The notes beneath the pieces are model-generated. The model saw only the letters and a program-made list of their open reading frames with translations. It was not told where the DNA came from and made no database searches. A program made the translations under genes and the position numbers. Shown here in pieces: positions 60,088 to 64,000 of a stretch of DNA of 64,000 nucleotides. This stretch comes from a virus (Duplodnaviria > Caudoviricetes), in IMG/VR virus record IMGVR_UViG_3300035520_000885, positions 1-64,000 of that record. One strand, given 5' to 3'. Each line of letters begins with the position of its first letter. Positions within the stretch are counted from its first letter, which is position 1.

Positions 60088-60594
60088 GTGAATGCTATGA
60101 GCGTGCCTATTAAACTTTTGCTTTTGAATAAAGGGGAGACTCTTGGTTACGGCTTAAGAGCTATCCGTGAGTATGCTGATAGAATGATTGATGTGTCTGA
60201 TTGGGAACTCGGTATTTCTGACTCTACCATGTCTTCTGCCAAGCAGTATGTCATCAAAGACAATGTCATGTACATGTGCATGAAGTCTTTTTTTGATCTG
60301 GATAATAACGAGAGAATTTTCGTTTGTGTGGAGAATACTGAGCCATATGATGTTCTCCCTGAAGAGGAGACCGTCACGACTGCAGTACCCAATCCGGATA
60401 ATAATCCTGTAGTTGCCGTGGATACCTCTGAGAAGACTTTAAGTGCAACTCTGACTGAGCTTGAAGAGAGCGACGAGCCCACGATTCTTGTTATGCCGGA
60501 CGAATCCATTGATGAAGAGGTCACGGTTAAGACCTCCACCACGTTCGCTGGTTCTAATGCCGAGAAGGCACAGAATCGTAATCAGAGTATCTAA
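60088..60594 (+). CDS. Hypothetical protein
   Basis: 168-aa ORF; GACA-N6-TA promoter variant upstream. Confidence 0.55.
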   Translation: MNAMSVPIKLLLLNKGETLGYGLRAIREYADRMIDVSDWELGISDSTMSSAKQYVIKDNVMYMCMKSFFDLDNNERIFVCVENTEPYDVLPEEETVTTAVPNPDNNPVVAVDTSEKTLSATLTELEESDEPTILVMPDESIDEEVTVKTSTTFAGSNAEKAQNRNQSI

Positions 60595-60651
60595 TTTTTT
60601 CTTTGGAACACAGAAAATAGAGAGTAGGATTTTTATCCTACTCTCTATTTT

Positions 60652-61887
60652 TTAGCAGTATTTCTGAATACACATGACAAAATACAAGAAGATTCCCTTG
60701 GTATAATCAATCCGGGTTGCCAATCTTCCATATTTTCCGTATATGCCTGTATCTGTACCCCACTTATCCAATTTCTTCTTGATATTGGAAATATTGGTGT
60801 TTTTGCTATTGGATTTCTTGAATAACGCCAGAGCAAAAGCAATGAATGCTTTACTATTGATTTCCTCAAAAGTGTGCTTCTCATCATACAAATAGATGAA
60901 AAGAATGGATTCCACGAAAGACTTCATATCATCACTATTCTTCTCTACGGTAATCTGAGTAATAGCATTTCTCAATTCAATCTTGGATACTCCCGATGCA
61001 TTGGAAGCAAAGTCACAGATTTTCAAATCTACTCCATTGATGAGTATATTCAAGACAATCTTATTTGTGACTGACTCCACTCTATTGGTATCATTCTCTG
61101 TATCTACTACGATTGCATCGTCGTAAGCATCTACAGAAGTATTGACACGGAGATTCAACTTCTTGTTTTCCATATAGGCATTTTTGATTTTTTTCATTAG
61201 AGAGTTCTGGTCATTCCGAATTCTCTGAATGAAAGCAATCACGTTCGAGTCTGCACCATTGATGATGTTCTTCTCATGGAATCTCCAAGAGTTTTGAATA
61301 GACGTCGTAAGGGTATTGAAAATCGTACCGGCTTTCTTGATGATAAATCTCTGGGAGAGATTATCAATCGTGTATTTCATGACCGCAGGGTCTGGTTGGA
61401 AACCAGAATAATACTTATCCCAAATGGAAGGATAGTAAGCCATAGCAGTAATAGCCAGAGCAGAATTCAAACCCTTATTATCTTTCTTAATGGTATAGAA
61501 ACGAATGATGAAAAAAAGAAGCGTATATACTGGGTTATTCTTAATGAAAAGCCAATTGGCTTTCTCATTGACTTTCTTAAGAACTCCAGAGATTATCTCA
61601 ATGGTATCCTTTTCAGTCATTCCAAATAATCCAAATAACTTACCTTTGTCATCATAGGTGAACGGAATCATATATAGAGGACCAATTGCTGCTAGTTTAC
61701 TACTATTTCGATTGAAGTAATCTTCAACGATTCTCATAAACTTACGATTTCCCTCCGGTGTCTTCAAAACTTCCTCGATCTTTGGATATAAAGCATCCCG
61801 CAATTCATATGTATTAGCGGGAGCAGCTTCGAAAAAAATATCAAAAGGATCGTTGTCTATATTTGCATTTTCGTAAAAAATATACAT
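60652..61887 (-). CDS. Hypothetical late protein
   Basis: AGGAGG RBS; late promoter motif at 61917-61928. Confidence 0.6.
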   Translation of the reverse strand: MYIFYENANIDNDPFDIFFEAAPANTYELRDALYPKIEEVLKTPEGNRKFMRIVEDYFNRNSSKLAAIGPLYMIPFTYDDKGKLFGLFGMTEKDTIEIISGVLKKVNEKANWLFIKNNPVYTLLFFIIRFYTIKKDNKGLNSALAITAMAYYPSIWDKYYSGFQPDPAVMKYTIDNLSQRFIIKKAGTIFNTLTTSIQNSWRFHEKNIINGADSNVIAFIQRIRNDQNSLMKKIKNAYMENKKLNLRVNTSVDAYDDAIVVDTENDTNRVESVTNKIVLNILINGVDLKICDFASNASGVSKIELRNAITQITVEKNSDDMKSFVESILFIYLYDEKHTFEEINSKAFIAFALALFKKSNSKNTNISNIKKKLDKWGTDTGIYGKYGRLATRIDYTKGIFLYFVMCIQKYC

Positions 61888-62061
61888 CCGAATCCCTCCT
61901 ATTCCTTAATTATGCTTAATACACTGTTTTTAAGGGTGCTAAAAAATGAATTTTGAGTTGTATGATATATTTGTGTAATCATAATAATGCTGGATTAGGC
62001 ATTGGTGGTTACGTGTGTTGTCTACCCAAAATGTGCATGTGGAAAGGAGATTGATGAATGA

Positions 62062-62895
62062 ATGTGCACCATAATTCAGCAAACTGAGGGGCGGCAAAAG
62101 TATTGCAGAGGTCAGGTCTGGTTCATGAGAGAACCGGTAGATATGACCAATGCGAAGATGGTAAGCGGTGATGGAACAACTGCTTATAATCGTCCAGTTC
62201 TCATTCTCAGCGTGAATGAGGACAATAGGGATTGCCGTACCGTAACGGTAGTTCCTCTGAGCACTTCCCTGTCGCATGTCGATGGTGGCGATGTCCTGTT
62301 CATGACGAATGGGAAAACTATCAAAGCCATGTCCTGGCAGATTACTGCTAAGGACAAGAAGTTCCTTACGGAGTACATGTATTCGGTGGATGCCGAAGTT
62401 ATGGATTCCGTGGAGGCCAAGGTCGCTGCTCATCTAGGATTTGGTCGGAACTATGACTCCGAACTCGTGCAGAAAATAAACGCTTTGCACGAAAAGGTTG
62501 ATTATCTTCTCAGTGAGGATAAATCGACTGGTGAGAAATATCACTCAAAGAGTATCGTAGACAATCCGAATGTCTCGGTGTCTGTGGATACCAGTACTCC
62601 TGAGCCTTATAAGGAAGCCCACGAGGAGGACAGGATCACCAAGTCCGAAGCTCTTGAAAAGATTACCAGAAGGAGGATGACGAAAGAGGAAGGAAAAGCA
62701 TTCGTAGATGACTATACTTCCATGTCTATGGCTGATATGAAAGCCAAGTATGGGAGTAGTGAGGGAGCTATCCGTCAGAAGTATCGCTACTGGTCGGAAA
62801 AGCTCGACCTCAAACCCCAACACAGTGCCCCCCCCCCCCTTCAGAGGGAACGTCCAGCTCTAGTAGGAGCAAGGATTCCATTACCGCTTTCATAG
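62062..62895 (+). CDS. PemK/MazF-like protein with C-terminal extension
   Basis: 'RGQVWF', 'RPVLILS...N', 'VTVVPLSTS', 'V...VM..VE..VA.HLG', then a possible HTH. Confidence 0.75.
   Translation: MCTIIQQTEGRQKYCRGQVWFMREPVDMTNAKMVSGDGTTAYNRPVLILSVNEDNRDCRTVTVVPLSTSLSHVDGGDVLFMTNGKTIKAMSWQITAKDKKFLTEYMYSVDAEVMDSVEAKVAAHLGFGRNYDSELVQKINALHEKVDYLLSEDKSTGEKYHSKSIVDNPNVSVSVDTSTPEPYKEAHEEDRITKSEALEKITRRRMTKEEGKAFVDDYTSMSMADMKAKYGSSEGAIRQKYRYWSEKLDLKPQHSAPPPLQRERPALVGARIPLPLS
62828..62839 (+). repeat. C12 homopolymer, candidate slippage/phase-variation tract
   Basis: Twelve consecutive C in an AT-rich genome, at the junction between two reading frames. Confidence 0.7.
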
Positions 62896-63110
62896 ATAGC
62901 GTGTGTATTTTCGGGGAGAAAGAAGTTTCTTTCTTCGCAGATGTATATAGAGAATACTATAAATTCTGCACGAAGGAAAATATGGTTCCTCGGTCCCGCC
63001 AAGCATTGGAACATCGTCTATCTAAAAAATCCAATGTGTCGACAAATCGAATTTGTAGGTCAGGAGGTCACCCTGAACTGAAAATTACAGGATTGGGCAT
63101 GAAGCCTTAA
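62841..63110 (+). CDS. Winged-helix-like domain in the -1 frame, probable continuation of the MazF-like gene
   Basis: Frame open from the C tract: 'DSITAFIDSVC...ADVYREYYKFC..EN..P.S...L..RL', resembling D5/primase C-terminal wHTH domains. Confidence 0.55.
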   Translation, partial: SEGTSSSSRSKDSITAFIDSVCIFGEKEVSFFADVYREYYKFCTKENMVPRSRQALEHRLSKKSNVSTNRICRSGGHPELKITGLGMKP

Positions 63111-63158
63111 TCAAAAAATACAAATAAGAAGAGACGGAGAGAAATCTCCGTCTCTTCT

Positions 63159-64000
63159 TCATAATCGCCATATCTGAATGGCTTTACATTTTTTCTTCAA
63201 GTGGCTGACTCTAGTCTTATATTGTCTTTCACAAGTAGAGAAAGCGATATCCACTAAATCAAAGAAGTAGGTATCTTTGTCTTTTGCATACTCTCTCAGT
63301 CTTCCGGGTAGCTGATTGCATACGATTGGAGAACTGAAAGGCTCCAAATTTATGATACAACGAAGACCTGGTATATCTACTCCAGTACCACAGGATCTTA
63401 TGGTACTACAGATAATATCCGCACTCTTCGCCTCTTCGTTTACCTCTTTGGTATTAGAAGAATTGATAGTAACGATTTTTTTACCTTGTCCTCTGCAATG
63501 CTCAGATATGAGACTCTGAATAAATTCAGTATCTGCAATCTTTGGCACTGTGACAAGAATCTTTCCCTCTAGCTCAGAAGCCTTATCAAAGACAATGAAG
63601 AAATTCTCTATCTGAGTTTGGTCACGGTCATCGTGTAATGCATACCTTGAAAAATTCAAGACAGAGAAACCATAAGAATTCATTGTGGAAGCAATCTGGG
63701 TGTCAGTCGGATTGCTTCTATACAGCACTGGAACATAGATAATATGCTTTCTTTTTTCTTCTGTCTCCGTAGGTTCATTCCCATATTTAACAACAGATGA
63801 GAAGCACTTCTTGAAAAGTTTCGCTTCTTTACTGTCGCTTCTTTCAAAGTTTGCAGTCAGATAGAATGTCTTTTTCGTATTGGCAAACATGTCTACCCGT
63901 AAGACATTCTTAAATGACAGATGGGCCTCATCGAAAACTTTCACCCCAACATGGAGTTTTTCAAAGAACTTCTTAACTGCTGGCCACCCATGTGTTCTCG
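63159..64000 (-). CDS. SF2 (UvsW-like DEAH) helicase, 5'-truncated
   Basis: 'VFDEAH', 'LTAN', 'STIRSCGTGVDIPGL', 'QLPGRLR'; frame open to the window edge. Confidence 0.85.
   Translation of the reverse strand, partial: RTHGWPAVKKFFEKLHVGVKVFDEAHLSFKNVLRVDMFANTKKTFYLTANFERSDSKEAKLFKKCFSSVVKYGNEPTETEEKRKHIIYVPVLYRSNPTDTQIASTMNSYGFSVLNFSRYALHDDRDQTQIENFFIVFDKASELEGKILVTVPKIADTEFIQSLISEHCRGQGKKIVTINSSNTKEVNEEAKSADIICSTIRSCGTGVDIPGLRCIINLEPFSSPIVCNQLPGRLREYAKDKDTYFFDLVDIAFSTCERQYKTRVSHLKKKCKAIQIWRL

Noticed and set aside
1543-63159. Recurrent aagaagagag...ctctcttctt hairpins as a mobile repeat family
   Set aside because: The stems differ internally and sit at gene ends, consistent with ordinary bidirectional terminators.
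1-64000. CRISPR array, tRNA or rRNA genes
   Set aside because: No regularly spaced direct repeats or cloverleaf/T-loop patterns were seen on manual reading; a tRNAscan/CRISPR scan would be needed to exclude them fully.
1-64000. Phage nucleus (chimallin) or PhuZ tubulin genes
   Set aside because: No tubulin GGGTGSG-type motif was found and no ORF could be recognised as chimallin; they may lie outside the window or be absent.

Overview
This 64-kb window is part of a jumbo-phage genome of the phiKZ/AR9(PBS1) type. It is AT-rich, densely coding, uses the standard genetic code and has Firmicute-style Shine-Dalgarno sites; the class III RNR suggests an anaerobic host. Core genes: three split multisubunit RNA polymerase subunits (catalytic beta', beta' bridge-helix part, beta C-terminal part), a divergent family-B DNA polymerase, DnaB helicase, primase, SbcC/Rad50 ATPase, SF2 helicase, GroEL-like chaperonin, gp25-like baseplate and tail-chaperone genes, and paralogous head-protein-like genes. 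Nucleotide and energy genes: nrdD/nrdG, dUTPase and ppk1. Four group I introns (three with HNH endonucleases) and one intein can be placed to the nucleotide. The main signals that the ORF track does not show are: (1) after splicing, nrdD reads in frame into nrdG, giving one reductase-activase fusion whose two radical sites are each interrupted by a mobile element; (2) a -1 frameshift (T TTT TTC) in a tail-chaperone-like gene; (3) a C12 tract that switches a winged-helix-like domain onto an orphan MazF-like protein; (4) an AR9-like AACA-N6-TA late promoter motif, which also precedes several ORF-less, structured, terminator-bounded candidate RNAs, one of them pseudoknotted; (5) a GC-rich operon of small Gly/Ala-rich membrane proteins; (6) a phage-borne polyphosphate kinase. 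All calls come from manual reading of motifs; no database searches were run.
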